From positions 30,814,001 to 30,878,000 of the forward strand of contig CM060733.1 of assembly GCA_030704615.1 (NCBI GenBank): DNA of 64,000 nucleotides. The letters are read 5' to 3'. A model generated the notes under the pieces. It had not been told where the DNA came from. It worked only from the letters and a program-made list of their open reading frames with translations, and made no database searches. The stretch comes from Takakia lepidozioides (Eukaryota > Plantae > Bryophyta). Below are positions 1 to 14,197 of the stretch, in pieces. The position numbers and the translations under genes were made by a program. Each line of letters starts with the position of its first letter. The first letter of the stretch is position 1.

Positions 1-2010
1 ACTAAGCTTTCACTTGGATGTGGGCAGGTCTGGGCTTACTTGGAGAATGCATCTGATCAATTCTGTACCTAGATGCTCACAACAACATGTTAGTGAATTG
101 TAGCTGATCAGCGTCTCCCTTACCAGTGATTCTCATGTGTTAAGTGTTAACCTTCAAAGTGTCTACGTATACTACCAACACCCTCCTAATCCTGTCCTGG
201 AGATGGTCTCGTGCAGCCTCTTCACGGTTTTGTCCCCCTTACAAGCATGCTGCCTGGCCCACAATTCTCTCCTCATCTACACCGATGTATAGTAAATTAC
301 ATAAAATGCGTACACTTGTTGGACTGGAGATGTTATGAAGATAAACAGTGAAGAAGAACTGCTCTACATGTTTTCTTTCCAAAGCAAGAATGTCATCTGA
401 TGGTCATGATGTGAATGTGGGAGGATAGAGTTGTTGAGTGAGTGTGCTCCAGGATCAGTAGTAGACGGCTTTTTCAGAATTGTGCAACATGCCTCAAATT
501 GTGTACTAATTACGAAGCTGGAGCTCCAATCCCTAGACGCAGCCATGTGCGATCAAATGCAGCCATCTAACACAGCCACAGGCAGTCAATCACTACAGGG
601 CTTTCCGGGTGCCAATCTTTTCAGATTATGTGAGATTACCAGGGTAGTGACCCGTACCCTTTCCTGTATTGATTTCGAGACTCCACAATGTTAGCCTCAT
701 ACTCCTGTCTCAGAGTGTCAAAGTGTTACATGACAAGTTTTTGGTGTGTGCAGGAAACTAGAAACCATGCTTCTTTTCTCTCCTGTTTACAATTTCCTTG
801 CTCACGAATCTGACAAAAATATCTTGAAAACAAAACATCAATTTGTTCTAAAATGTGAGTGGAACTTGGCTATTGTACTATGCAGAAAAGAAACTATGAA
901 CTTGAAAGTTGACAGGAAGACTGTCCTGGAAGCCTGGACTACGTACACTTACCAGATCTTGCACTAATCATGGCCCCCTCATGTCCCTGTACTCTAGTCT
1001 GTGATAATGGACAGTGATAATGGACTCTCAAACCGGACGACCCATCAATATATCATGTGAACAAAAAAGACTGCCCTGTGATACGCTGCCACGTCGCATA
1101 CAATAATTCACCCGTCCCAACATACTGCCAGCTGTCATGTTGCCACCTGCCACCCTTTTCTGTCTTATCTTTTCCCTTAATTTTGTTTTCTATTTTTTTT
1201 CTCCAACTGGACTGTCTTATTTGTTGTCAGCCAGTAATTTTCAAGTAAATAAATGAATGTAAGGCGTCGCCCTGTCAAATGGAGGTCGGCCCGAGACGGT
1301 CGCCCGACCTGTGTAAATAGCCGGCGACCCGAAGTTTGAAAGGCTGGCGGGAAGGGCGACAGAACGCGGGGCGGGGCATCGATCGGCACCGCATCTGCAC
1401 GAGGGGGCATTCAGCTCCCCGTGTGTGTGGGATTCTGAGCTGTGCCATGATGGACAAATCCACGATCTTTGCTTGTATCTAGTTATTGTCGGGAGTTTGT
1501 GTGGTTGATTTGATGTGCGCAGGGGCAAGCAGCTGTAGCTAGAGCTGGTTTGCGGACAGAACATGCGTACACTGGACCCGCTTTTTAGTGCCTGCTACGG
1601 GGGAGTGGCGTCGGGGGATACATTTTATGTAAGAACATCTCCGCTTCTTGTTTCTTCCCGTTGCAGATTTAAAAGCCATCGCTGGAACTGGCGTATGCCC
1701 TTGGGCTTGTTTGGAGGATGCAGTACATAGCTGGCATGGCTTGAATGCGAGGGATTTGTCATGTCATGTCTCAAGTCAACATCCAAGCTTGTGATCACCA
1801 GGAGAAACTTTTCCAAGGCAGATGTTTTGGAGTGTGGATTGTTGGTGGGAGTTGCACAAGTAATGCATGCGATGTAACGTCCATCTGGTGTGCGGTGCCT
1901 ACTTGCGACGCATTGCAGTAGGTTTCTTTGTAATCTGACCGCGGATTTGCACCTCATGGTTTTATAGTGAGCTCACCACACTTCATTTACTCCAAGAGCA
2001 GGGAAGAAAC

Positions 2011-2041
2011 GGGGGGCGGGTCGGGGGCCGGGGGATGGGGG
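2011..2041 (+). promoter_or_regulatory. Putative G-quadruplex overlapping the PGAP1 start codon
   Basis: GGGGGG-C-GGG-TC-GGGGG-CC-GGGGG-AT-GGGGG: five G-tracts with 1-2 nt loops, with the ATG (2035) embedded. Confidence 0.5.
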
Positions 2042-5000
2042 CCCCGCGAGGGTACTGTAATTACAGGGTGTTTTTGGCCGTGGTGTTCGCGGCCAGTATC
2101 ACAGTAGCTGGCTTGTTAGGTTTACACAAGCCCTTGCTGAATGGTTGCATAATGACCTACATGTACCCTACGTACATCCCAGTCCCTGTGCCCCCCAACG
2201 CCATCAGTACCAAGTATGGTCTTTATCTCTACCATGAGGGTTGGAAGAAGATTGATCACCAGCTGCATCTCGTGAAGCTTTCAGGCGTGCCAGTTCTCTT
2301 TATTCCCGGAAATGGTGGCTCGTATAAGCAAGTATGTGGCATGAACCCCTCTTCCTGTTGCTGATTTCGGATGTCTGTGGATGACTAGCATGATTTTTGT
2401 AGCGAACTCCTCGCATTTCTTGAGGCCATTTTCTGTTCGCACAGGTGTTGAGCTAGCATGTTCCATACCGTTCAACGACGATCACGTTCATTTTCGATGA
2501 GAGTTTCACCATTCAATAAAGTGGGGAGAGAAAAAAAAAATTGGTTTTGCATAAACTTTCTGCTGCTACAATGTAACCACTCTTCTCATGCTTCCATGTT
2601 CCGCTGAAAGGGCTGTATAGTTCTATCCTGCACGACACCTTCCAATATTATAGGATGACTGACTTTTGTGCAGCCAGCTGGAATGTGGATCACAGTCTGT
2701 GAGAATTAACTGCAAGTGCTCAAAGCTAGTGATTTCTGCTTCCTGTAATTCTCGACAAAGAACCTAGTAGATGGGGTTCCCTACATGGATTAAGTACTGT
2801 CATCATGATCACCAGAGCAGTCTTATGAAGTTATGCTTCATCTAGTTTGGTTTGGGCATGCTTGTAACTTCGGCTGAGAACCTCCCAGTACTAGTTAGTA
2901 GGCTTCTGGTGTTCAGCACTCAGCAGGGACTGGCCCAAGTAATAAGGTCCAGCTCATCAGTACCACACATCTGAATTTACATGGGCACAATAGACGTGTA
3001 CTCATTGGCGAATTGTCTTTACCTTGGTATATCATAGATCGTCCTAGAGTGTGTGCATTGCAAGAATTTGGGGAACTCTTAATGCATGGCACATTAAGGG
3101 AGAATTTGCCAGGAACAGATTGTTTCAGCTGCAGTTGATCACTCCAGTTTCATGTCCTCCAAGGGCAGTTATTAGTTTTTCAAATGCTTGCTTTATGTAG
3201 GTTTTCCAAGTGCCCCTCTTAAATCCTACGCCTGCTACAGATGCGATCCATTGCTGCCGAGGCAGACAGGGCATACAATGGGGGACCATTGGATGACAGC
3301 TACTATCGGCAATCATCCTTCACGCCACTAGAAGGAGGCTTGTTACAGGAACGGGTGGGTTTCGCAGACCTCCTGGCGGGCGCCAAAACTGAAGGGCAGT
3401 ATGCCAACCATCTTGATTGGTTTTCTGTAGATTTGGAGGGTGAACATTCTGCCATGGATGGTTGGATTCTTGAAGAGCACTCCGAATATGTCATGCAAGC
3501 TGTCCATCGAGTATGCCTCTTTCTTTCCATTGGCCTTGTCTGCAGTCATGTCATTTGTATTTATAAAATTTGTAGGATTAGGTCTCAGAGAGGGACCAGG
3601 TGTCTAGCAGCAGGACCAGCAATGTTGATGTTTTCCTTAATGTGCAGTGCCAAGACAGACAATGCTTGTGGCAGCAGCTGTCCATAGATGAAATTGTGCA
3701 TGTTGAAGTAGAACAGACATCCCCTGCTCAGACACTCCTAGTTCTTGTTTCTAACACAGCCATAAGATGTCATAAAAAATTTGTTGCCCGACTAGACCAG
3801 TATTCCACAGTTACAACATGTATGCCCTAACCAAGGGTGGCTAACTACATGGACCACCTAATGAGGATCAGCCATTCCATGTCAATGTTCTGGACTATTT
3901 GGTTTGGGCCTATCCCTTATCCTATTCTTAATCTTGTTCCTTCTTTTGGTCAGAGTCGACAGCCACAAAGGCTTAGGAAAGATGGGATTTTCGTTGTATT
4001 TCTCTACCTCTCTAATTCAACCAAATGGGTGGTTTTTTTGGCCCCAGATTCTGGACAGGTACAGGGATTCGCTGGAGACAAGGTCAAAGCATAATGATGA
4101 CAGAGGGGAGATTTTACCCAAGAATGTGATATTGGTTGGGCACTCGATGGGGGGTTTTGTGGCAAGAGCTGTAGTTGTTCACCCGAAGCTCAGGAAAGGT
4201 GCAGTGGAGACAGTGCTCACTCTCTCAAGCCCTCACAGGTAAGTTTGCATCTACGGGTTGATTCTTATTTTGATCTCTGAGGGATTGGTGAAAAGATAGG
4301 AAGAACAGTGGTGAGACACAAGGGGTGCAATTTTTTGATGTAATAATGGATGGAATTCGTTCAGCAGTAGAAGTCAATATGGGACATTTACCTGCAAACA
4401 CTCTTTTTGGTGTTCTGGTAGGTCGCCCCCCCTGGCTGTGCAGCCATCATTCGGGCGATTTTTCTCACGAGTAAATAATGCATGGGTGCGAGGATTTGAA
4501 CTTGCCCACATGAAGGGTGGACGATGGACAGAACCCCCCCTTTCGAATGTTGTGGTGGTTTCTGTTGCAGGAGGTGCTCGGGATTACCAGGTTCGTGATG
4601 AGTGTTGGGTCTGTCTCCTGACGGCTCCTTGTGTCTGCAAGTGGTAGATATTTTCAGACCCTGCCTATCATGTCCATGTCAACTCTTATGATCCAAAGTA
4701 TGCTCTGGTAAATGATTTTTGGCTGCACTGGCATGGAAGATATACATCTGAATTCCATCCAGGGCAGAATGATAATGAGTATTCGTGTTAGTTGCAGACA
4801 TGTTTTCACTCATGCATATCAATGTCAACATGCCTACCTCTTCGAGAGAAAATTATCAGCTGGACTGCACACATAAATGAAATTTTCCTCAAGTTGCCAC
4901 AGCATCCAAGATACTAAGAATTCTTTGGTGGCCACACAAACGTCATGTGACTACATGGAAATGTTTGGTTTCGTATCATGCAGGTGCGTTCTCGAATGGC

Positions 5001-8000
5001 ATCATTGGATGGGATTGTACCAGCCACAAATGGGCTGACAATTGGCTCAGCAGGCATGGTCAATGTGTGGCTGTCCATGGAGCACCAGAGCATTCTCTGG
5101 TGCAACCAATTGGTAGTCCAGGTACAGCATTTAGTCACCACTTGGAACTTACCAGTTTCTTTTATACCAGAACTTGAGTTGCTATCAGCTTCGGCTCAGA
5201 GCTGCAGACAGAGAGTATGGTCTCAGGTTACCTGCTTCTCAATTCCCAGTTGGTGACTATATTTCTTCGAGATGATTTGTTTGTGGTCAGTCTGCCTCCT
5301 CAAACCATTTGATAAGCTAGAATGTAAGGACAGGTGCCTAAAGTCATGAGTCATTCCCAGATAGATCACCATCACCATCAGCAGCTTTCAGTGAACAGGT
5401 GTATCCGTCGTTCCTGGATATTCTGGCTGCAGAGTGAACTTGCATCTAATATTGTCACCAACAAGGAAACCTCATTCAATGACTACACACTCCTGGAAGC
5501 ATAATTACATAGCACATTTCAGTCTTTGAAGCCTACAGCTGTGAGCAATCATATGATTTGTTTGCAGTTGAAATAGAGAGTCTTGCAACAGATCAGGCAG
5601 ACTCTTGAAAGGCTGAATTATCAGATCTAGATACCTTCAAGCCTTCAGATGCAAACAGATGTTTGAACTGTTTCCAGTTGCCAGAGATAAAATTAAGCAC
5701 AGAACCAGACAGACTGAAAACGCAATTTCCAGATCCAGATGGAAAACTGCAGTGTCAAAAACGGTTCAAGACTTGTGTTGATCTTTCTCCATCGTGAAAA
5801 TGTTAAATTAGGATGGTTTGTGATAAGCAGATCCCATGGATGCTTTTTTCATGTTTTACTGATCTTCTTTTAAATTGCGGCATTTGTGAAGAACAGGTGG
5901 CTCACACACTGCTCCAATTGATAGATAAGGACACTGGCCAGCAGATTTCAAGCCCACAAACTAGGATGGCCATCTTTGTGTCCAACTTGCGCAGTGCCTT
6001 GCCGCAGGCCTTTGACTGGCTTCCCAGCACTGAAATGCATTCATCGGCATCTCTTTTGGCTGGGGTTAAAATAGGTGCGTGTGAAAGTGTCCTGATACCC
6101 TCGGCTTCAGTTTTGTTAAAGAAAGCAGATTCAAATTTCTGTTGTGCTGAAGCAGAGTGAGAGAGGATTATACTCAGTCTGGTTGTGGTTGTGGTGCTAA
6201 CCCAGCAGTCGTGAGCCAGGGGGTCAAGGTCTCGATGATGTAAACGAAGAACTTGTGGCAGAAGATTTGGAGGTGACAGAGGAAACATCTGCAAGTGAAC
6301 AGCATGAGGAGCACCAAGTGAGCCAGTTTGCATGCCCAGCAAATGTAAATTGGGAGGGTGAGACCCCAGAGACGGACCTGTATATTGAGTCTACCACCAT
6401 GACTGTGCTTGCTATGGATGGAAGGCGGCGATGGTTGGATATCAAAAAGCTGGTGTGCACATGACCCCCTTCACAAGTGTACTACAGCATCGGTTTGTCA
6501 ATATGGTGCATAGATGGGAGAAGGGCATATCAAAAATAAGGTTGGTGATATGGGGAGGATTGCTGGCCATATCTGATGGGTAAAATGGGCCATAACCCAA
6601 CACAACCAAGTTCAAAATTCCTGGTCCTTGTTCCCAATTGTTATGCTGTGGGTCCGTAAAAGCCCATGGAGTTTTATGACCTTTACTGTTACCTTCAATG
6701 CTGACAGTGATGAGTCTGTCTTCTGCAGGCACCAAGTGGAAATGATTGGTTTGTGCTTGTGTCAAACTTGGAACCCTGTGTTGGACTGCGTGCACATTTG
6801 TGGCCTCAAAAGGGTGAGCATGGTGGTAAAGCTGCTTCTGAGGGAGTTGTGGAGGTTACCATGAAAATGACTCAGCTTCCTTCAGGCCCCAATCAACGGC
6901 AGGTCTCTCTCACTCACCCTCCTCACACTGCTCAAGTTTTTCACACTGGTTCAGTTCGTATGGCATGTTGAAGCTGTAAATGTGTGGAGGAGCAGATACG
7001 TTGTTGTTACTTCTTCTTGAGTTTCTAAACTACATGCTCTTTGTTGCTATTTATCACACGTATTTGTGTTGTTGCTGATGTGGGTGCTCTTTTGGGTGGA
7101 GCAGATTGAACCAGGAGGACAGACAGAGCAAGCTCCCCCGACAGGTGTGTTTCGGTTGGAACCAAGCGAGCTTGCTGGCTTCCGGTTCTTGACAATCTCT
7201 GTTGCACCGCGTCTGGTATTGCTCTGTCTTTCATGAGGCTTCCTGGAAGCTGAGCTTGTAAATTTCATTTCATTTCATTTGTATTTGGTTGACAGAAGTC
7301 AAACAGTGGCTGCCAGGATGTCATCACTCCAGGCTTTCATGCATGTGTATCTCATGCACAAAGTCTATTGAGGATTCTTACAGGTTGTATGTTTTAAGAA
7401 TCCAAGTAGCAAACTTGTCTAAGTTTTGAACTACCTCTGTTTCCTTACTTCTCCCTATGTGCATTCGTCTGTGTCTGGCCTCTGCCTTTACATGTTTGTC
7501 TAGGGTGCAATAAGTTTGCTAAGAAGACACCACTTGGTCAAGTGAATCGTAGCAGCTCTATCTCGAGATAGTACCTTAACTACACCTTTTAATAACCTCG
7601 AGATGTGGTCCTGGTTCTGGAACTTTCAGAGTATTTCGGGAAGGCCGCCACCTGCAGCATCCATGGCTGTGGGCCAATTCTTTAACCCTGAGGATGCATC
7701 AAAGTACTTGTCACCCTGGTCACTTCTTTCCACGTTGCACAAGAAGCAGGTACCTCCTTTTAACTCTCGTCTTTTGCTCCATCTTTCTTCTTTCTAGAAG
7801 ACTTTCTTGCCAGATTAACCTTGGGATAGGTAGGTCAGAACTTGTAAGTCCTTAACAATAATTGGGTGATTGATGCGAGGCCAGCCTGCAACACTTCATT
7901 CCATGGCATACAAACAGAAAAGTCTGCTAGATAACACCATTGACAGTTCGTAGGAATGGTATCTTCCATCTAGTAGAAAGTGAAGATGCAATGTAGGATT

Positions 8001-11000
8001 TTATCTGGGTAGTGGAGGTAATTTTCCTGTAATTCACTCTAATGAGTGGTACATTACTGAGGCAGTCAAGGGCTGATGTCCGTCAGTTCCCCCGCTCCTT
8101 TATAAAATGTGCTCTGCTAACGGGGATGCTCTGGTGTTACTTGGCAGGAGCTAGTGTTTTTGGAGAATCATCCACTGGTGTGGAATCTGTCAATTGCAGT
8201 GTCTCTTGGTACTCTGCCAGTGACGCTTGATGTCAGGACATCTAGTTGTGGAATTGAAGACATGGTACTATTTAAGGAGCATCCGGAGCCCGAGGATCTA
8301 CTGAGTGAGCCCTTGTTTTTCACCTGGGGAAATACGGTGTTCATTGGCATTGGAGAATGTCAAATTTGCACAAGTGCACAGACCTTGCAGCAAGTCTCTG
8401 AGTGGTTGACGATTAGAGCTCAATTGCTCTTTGATTTGACAATAACCACTTTGCATGCCTGATGAGGAATCTTACTTCCACTACATAGTTTTACCACGCA
8501 GATGGAATCTTCTAATTGACTTTCCTTGCATGATGGTTTCGGTTTGGTCCAGAGCTTTGCAAGGCCCGATGCTTTCCTCCACTTGCTCTTGTCTGGGACC
8601 CACCCTTCGGATTGGAAGTTCTTCCTGATCTCTCATCTGAAATTGTGCTGGTTGATTCTTCCCCGGCCATTTGGGGTTCGAGTTATGGATCCGAACAGAC
8701 CACTATTCTCCTCTTGGTACGCATGCCACACCAACCATGTATACTCTCATGCTCTGTAACTTTCTGTGTTTATCATCTCATAGAAATTGGGTTATCTAAT
8801 TGGGTTTCATATATTTTAATGATTCACGTTTGTGGGTGAACATAAATGGTTTTGTTTGAATTCATGTATCATTCATAGGTGGTTCGTGCTTTAAAATGTA
8901 AGCTCTTCGTCTCATCCTTGCAGATAGGCCACATACTATATAAATGGAAACTACATAGTAACGTAGTGTTGTAGCCTACCTATCTGCTTATCAGATATAC
9001 TACTGCTCTCATGTTTTGTAAGGACCTGTGCAAAATAATGATGTTTACACACCTACTATTAAACCCTTGAGGATAAAATCCTCATGGGATATTTACCCTC
9101 CAGACGCTGTTTGTAGTGTTAATTCATGTGCTGGCATTGACATAACAGCAGGAATTCAATTTTTCAATTCTCCCCCTAGCTTTCCAGCTACAACAGATGT
9201 CCACTGGTTGTAGTTGCAGTCCCAGTCACTCTGTTGACGACAAAGGTCAGAGAGATGAGAGAGAGAGAGGAAGGAATGTATCTGTAGGTTATCATTAATA
9301 CTTGTGTGGTTGGCTTACGTAGATTGATCCACACTGTGTATATGATGTAACCCTCAAGGTTTCACTACTGGCAGCTGCCAGCCGGTTTCTCCTTGTGTAT
9401 GGATTGCAGGTGCAACCATCTCTCTCTATCCCATTCGAGTTCTTGATTTGACACAAGATGTCATACTTTGCTGTGGTAGTAGTTCCTTGAGTGTGGCCTA
9501 TCAGGGTTTTCTTGACTGGCTGGTGGGCATGGCAGTGGCCCTGTTGTTCTTAAATTGCATCACACAGAAATTTTCTGCATCATAATCATTTACCATGCCA
9601 TCGCATCCCTGGAACGGTAGAGTGGAGGGCACAGAAAGCTTGAGAGTTTTGCAATTCCCACTAAGGCAATTCACTTCTGCAGATAGTAGGAGTGTCCGTG
9701 GCAGTGGTGTTGTTTGCATTAATGCGGCAAGCGCGCGCATGGGAATTGGACGTCCCGCTACCATCTATTTTGGCCTGCATTGAAGCCAATCTGCAACTAC
9801 CCCTCCCCTTCTTTGTCTTGGCTGTGGGGCCTCTGCTGGTCTACTTCTCGATTGCAATTTTTGGAACAGAAACGCCCCCACGATTGATCAGTTTTATGGG
9901 AGTTTCAATATTTTGTTACTTGTTTGCAAATGGAATTGTGGCTTTCTTGGTGGTTATAAGCAGTGCCGTTTTCTACACTGCGGCCTTTTTTCATGTGTTT
10001 TTTAAAATGAGGTATGTAATCACAGCTTACTCCAGAGCCACCAAGAGCTAATTAGAGATAAACCTGATACAAAAAGTCTTTGTGGATGCAATGGATTTCT
10101 TGGGCTATATGCTTCATGTAGCTATATGTTTTTGTACTTGTCAATCCGTGATGGAAGTTTGAGCTTTGTGCATTAAGGACCAATCCGCAGGCATATTCAA
10201 ACTTCGACAATGGTGGCTAATCATTCCCCAGGACAAAAGGAAGTGTGGGATTGGTCAGTTTCGACCAATGCACCTCATCTTCCCATAGACTAATCGGTTT
10301 CCTACGACTTGAAAGAATTGTATTGACTTAGAGAAAGGTAGATTCTTCCTGCACCCAATATTAGAAGTTAGATTAGTCTATGCATAGCCAGGTTACTGAC
10401 CTCCTAAGGTTAGTCTCTTGTGTAGAGTTCTACCATAGTAGTTCGTGTAGTGTGTTACCCAGGTTGAGTTTGTGCCTTGGCGTTAACACAATCACATTTG
10501 ATCCCTACACAGGTGGCAAGCTTTTGAAGAATGGTGTCATGCACGGGGAGTGCGGTGGCTGTTTGGCTGCTGTTCAGCCTACTGCAGTCTTGGGGTCTCT
10601 TTCTGTCTCTTCCATTAGCTCTCTGGGCTTTTTGGGACATATAGCATTATTTTTTCCTTGTGTATTTCTTTCCTTTTGTCATTCTTTCTTCCTCTCTGTC
10701 CCCTCACAAGGTGACTGTAGGCAGTAAATGACTGCTGCCTATTATGCAGTAGTGGTTACATCACAATACCAAAAACTGTTTATAGGGACATGCTCCTCGT
10801 CTGGGAGAGTACACACTGGTTTCTTTTCATCTTAGAACACTGTCAAATTCTTGTCGGTGGTTGTCTGTGCAGTGCATGGAGGTATTGCTTTCCTTGTATG
10901 TTTTATTGCTCTTATTTTCTGGTATGAAAGGTTTCTGCAAAGTTCTACTTAGTCTGAATTTGCAAGGATTTTTCCGACAAAGGTGTTTCAGATTGCAAAT

Positions 11001-12296
11001 AGTCTACACCTGGTGTGCTGTTTGACGTAGCCTTTAGAACAGGTGAGTGAGAAGCAGTCGGTTAAGGTGGTGTCGTGTGTCTCATGGTTTCACAGGTGGT
11101 GAGGAAGTTGAGAGCTAGGCCACTCCTTACAGTAGCAGTGGGGGCAACCGTATTGGTGTTTTCTGTGCATCCCAGCCTTGGGCTCATTGTGCTGCTGCTG
11201 GCACATACATGGAGCTGCCACAGCGCCCTCTGTAGGTATATTCTCAGGTGACTTCCTCATGTTCCACTTTTCATATACTCCTTGAACGTGATTGTCAAAG
11301 AGAGACTATCTTGGCTTAATATCATGTCATTGTGGTGTAAGCCTCCTGTCAGAGTTTTCTCTGAGTTTGAAGGAAGTCCTTCATGTTTGGAACTTGTGTC
11401 TGCTCTCAGTCATCGGCAACAGAAGAATCTGATGTGGATTGCAAAAGAGGATGGAGTGGGGCCATCCATTGACGATGTTCCTTCAATGGAGAATGTTGAT
11501 GCAAAAGCCAAGCCTTCAACAGTTACTTTTGGAGAAACACAACTTGAAAATTTTCACCAACGCCAGGGACTGCTACTGCTTCATCTTATCACAACGGCCA
11601 TGCTTGCTCCTTCCCTGGTTGCTTGGGTACAGGTGGGTCTTTCTCCTCTTTTCATGCTCTCTGCCCTCCATACAACAACGGGGCAGAACCCCATGCTTGG
11701 CATGCTTGATGGCGGCTCACCTTGGGTTCTCTCAACCTTTCATGTCAGGTTGATTTAGACCAGTGAGAATCAGGTTCTACAAAATCCAGCCACTGTAGAC
11801 TGTTGGCTGTGATGGATCTAAGACAGCCTCATACTTTTTTCACTTCACTGTGAGGGACCATATGCCGCTAGGTCTCAAAACTGGATACTGCATGTTGGTC
11901 TTGCTGGGAATCAGGATGTAGTCCATAACTCTGACATGAAAATTGTGATCTTGGCAGAGATCGGGACTGGACCGAACGCTGCCCTCCTTTCTTGACTCGG
12001 TCCTTTCCTTTGGACTTATTCTTCATGGGCTCTACTCAAGTAATGCAGATGCCAACATATTTGTGATCCCACTGCCGAATATGGTTCCCACATTCCTTTC
12101 CGAGGCAGGTCTGAGCTTGGTTTACGGTTCTGCTGGATTGTATTGCTATTTTGCTGGGCTGGCACTGGCCCCCTACAGGGCCTTTTATGTCCTAGCTCTC
12201 ATTGGCTTGTTAACTGCTGCAATTAGATTCAAAGAAAAACAGGCAAGAGCTAAGGGAGAGGTTTATATGAAGCGTCGGCATTTCCATAAACATTGA
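2035..12296 (+). CDS. PGAP1: GPI inositol-deacylase (PGAP1/BST1 family alpha/beta hydrolase with C-terminal membrane domain), about 18 exons
   Basis: Motifs CIMTYMYPTY, GVPVLFIPGNGGSYKQ, catalytic ILVGHSMGG, MEHQSILWCNQLV and a hydrophobic C-terminus ending KRRHFHKH*. Approximate GT-AG exons: 2035-2331, 3241-3510, 4048-4238, 4422-4590, 4984-5121, 5897-6073, ~6205-6453, 6728-6902, 7105-7215, 7630-7749, 8148-8304, 8553-8717, 9323-9409, 9682-10011, 10513-~10592, 11096-11236, 11410-11632, 11958-12296. Confidence 0.9.
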
Positions 12297-12345
12297 TGTA
12301 AAGAGTTGCAGTTGGACACCCAATCTGTCTCCCTCTCTCTCTCTC

Positions 12346-12400
12346 TGGCCACAAGGCTACGGCAAACAAAGTCTTATGAGTACATTCTCTCTCTCTCTCT
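12346..12400 (+). mobile_element. 3'-end fragment of LINE family B ((TC)n tail) in the probable PGAP1 3'UTR
   Basis: TGGCCACAAGGCTACGGCAAACAAAGTCTTATGAGTACATT flanked on both sides by (CT)n; matches the copies at 21300, 26797, 39872, 46312, 60441 and 62080. Confidence 0.75.
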
Positions 12401-13402
12401 CCCTCGTTGGACTATGCTTTCAAGGGTATACCATAGCCAATGTTACAAGAATGGTCACCTTGTTCCACTTTATTTCAAGATTTCGTCAGTGAAGGCAACT
12501 TGGGAACACTAGAGTGCCTTTATCTGTCTCTCTGGCTTCAGTCCTAAGTACCCTGGTGGGCTGAACCACTGCCACCCGTTCCAGGGACCTAAACTCATGC
12601 GGGAGGACGACTGTCATCCAAAGTTGGAGAAAGAGCTAAAAGTTGAAGAAAGAGCTAGAAGTGTTTCCGGTTACTCAGAGACGTGTGAAGGAAAGTGGGG
12701 CAAAGATCTCCAGCACTTGTCGGGAAGGTGAAACGTAAAGCCACCAGGATGTCTGAAATTAGTCAGATGTGCCTCAATACCCTCGCCAATGGACTTGACC
12801 GTAACATACAGGGAATCCTTGCAGAGCTCCTCCGGCAACCTTGCCACCCTCAACCACACATTCATGGCTTCCTGAAGCTCCAGGATCTGGAAAATTGAAA
12901 TCTCTGCAGAATGATTCTTCTGAACCTGCTCCCGCCACTGATCCCACCATGAGCAGGCGCCTCTTGTTTTCAAGAAGACAGAAGAGAAGCAACGATCAAT
13001 TGGGCATTCCAATGATTGTAAGCAAACCACTTGCACGGTTTATGTATCTATATAGTTGCATTTTGTGCAGATATGCACTAAGTATGCTTGATGGGGAAAG
13101 TGCTCTGGTAGAATTGCAACGCCAGACGGAATCCATTGTCAAGGATCGCATCACACTTATGTTATTATAGGAGAACAATAGGAATAACGTAAAAACTAAG
13201 GCCACAAAGGGGGAGTCCCAGTAGTATGAGCCTGAGTGGTTATGGGCGAGTACCAATGAAGCACCTTGGTCCTGGTTCTTTACCCTACACATACTTAAAG
13301 AACGTGTGCCCAGTAGGGACTTGGGACCCACTCAAGATATACATATACTCAAGATAGAAGGTCGTAAGGAGTGTGAAGCGCGCGCCATCCACAGAGCCAG
13401 CG

Positions 13403-14197
13403 ATGGACGCCATAGCTGCAACCAGCCTGTGCCCTCTCGCACAGCCTTCTAAACCGCTGGTGCCTTCATCACTACATTGTTGGGCGACCAGGTTTCGTTT
13501 GTCTTATGGTACTCTAGCTCCATCTAGGCGTAAAGGAAGCTCACAAAAGTGCAGTACTGAGAGGGTTCGCTGTGGACACGTCCCAGAGTCTAGTCAATGG
13601 GATACTCCTCCATTGCAAAGGAGAGAGGCGATCAGCCAAGCCTTGTTAGCGGTGGTGCTCTCCACTCTCCCTCTTCCTGCACAGGGGGTCACAGAAGTAG
13701 ATGCTGGAGCAGAGTTCAAGCTTTATGAGGATCCCGGTGATAAATTCTCGCTCTTGGTACCACAGAAATGGTCAAGAGGGGAGGGTCGTGCATCAGGGCA
13801 AAGGAAAGTGACAGCTTTTTTCCCTTCAAACGACTCTTTCACAAATGTGAATGTGGTCATTACGGGCCTGGGAGCTGATTACACCGGCCTGGGGTCCTTT
13901 GGGACTCCTGAAATGTTTGCTGAAAACCTGGTGAACAGTCTGGACAGAAGCTGGCAAAAGCCTCCGGGACAGGCTGCAAAGCTCATTGATTCTCGATCCA
14001 GAGGAGGCATGTACTACATTGAGTACACACTACAGAGGCCAGGGGAAAAGAAGTTCCGTCTTCTCTCCGCTGTTGGGATCGGCTTCAATGACTGGTACAA
14101 CCGGCTTTTTACTGTGACTGGGCAGTTCTGGGAGGAGGATGCAGACAAGTATAGAACAAGCATTGACAAGGTTATCTCTTCTTTCAAACTCACCTGA
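13403..14197 (+). CDS. PPD3: PsbP domain-containing protein 3-like, thylakoid lumen (transit peptide plus twin-arginine signal); single exon
   Basis: ATG at 13403; QRREAISQALLAVVLSTLPLPAQG Tat-type signal; PsbP-family motifs ITGLGADYTGLGSFG, LDRSWQKPPG, YYIEYTLQ and WYNRLFTVTGQF, which match plant PPD3. Confidence 0.9.
   Translation: MDAIAATSLCPLAQPSKPLVPSSLHCWATRFRLSYGTLAPSRRKGSSQKCSTERVRCGHVPESSQWDTPPLQRREAISQALLAVVLSTLPLPAQGVTEVDAGAEFKLYEDPGDKFSLLVPQKWSRGEGRASGQRKVTAFFPSNDSFTNVNVVITGLGADYTGLGSFGTPEMFAENLVNSLDRSWQKPPGQAAKLIDSRSRGGMYYIEYTLQRPGEKKFRLLSAVGIGFNDWYNRLFTVTGQFWEEDADKYRTSIDKVISSFKLT

Noticed and set aside
1-1330. Upstream gene or MITE (short ORFs; GTGATAATGGAC occurring twice at ~1000)
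   Set aside because: No recognisable protein motif, TIR pair or TSD.
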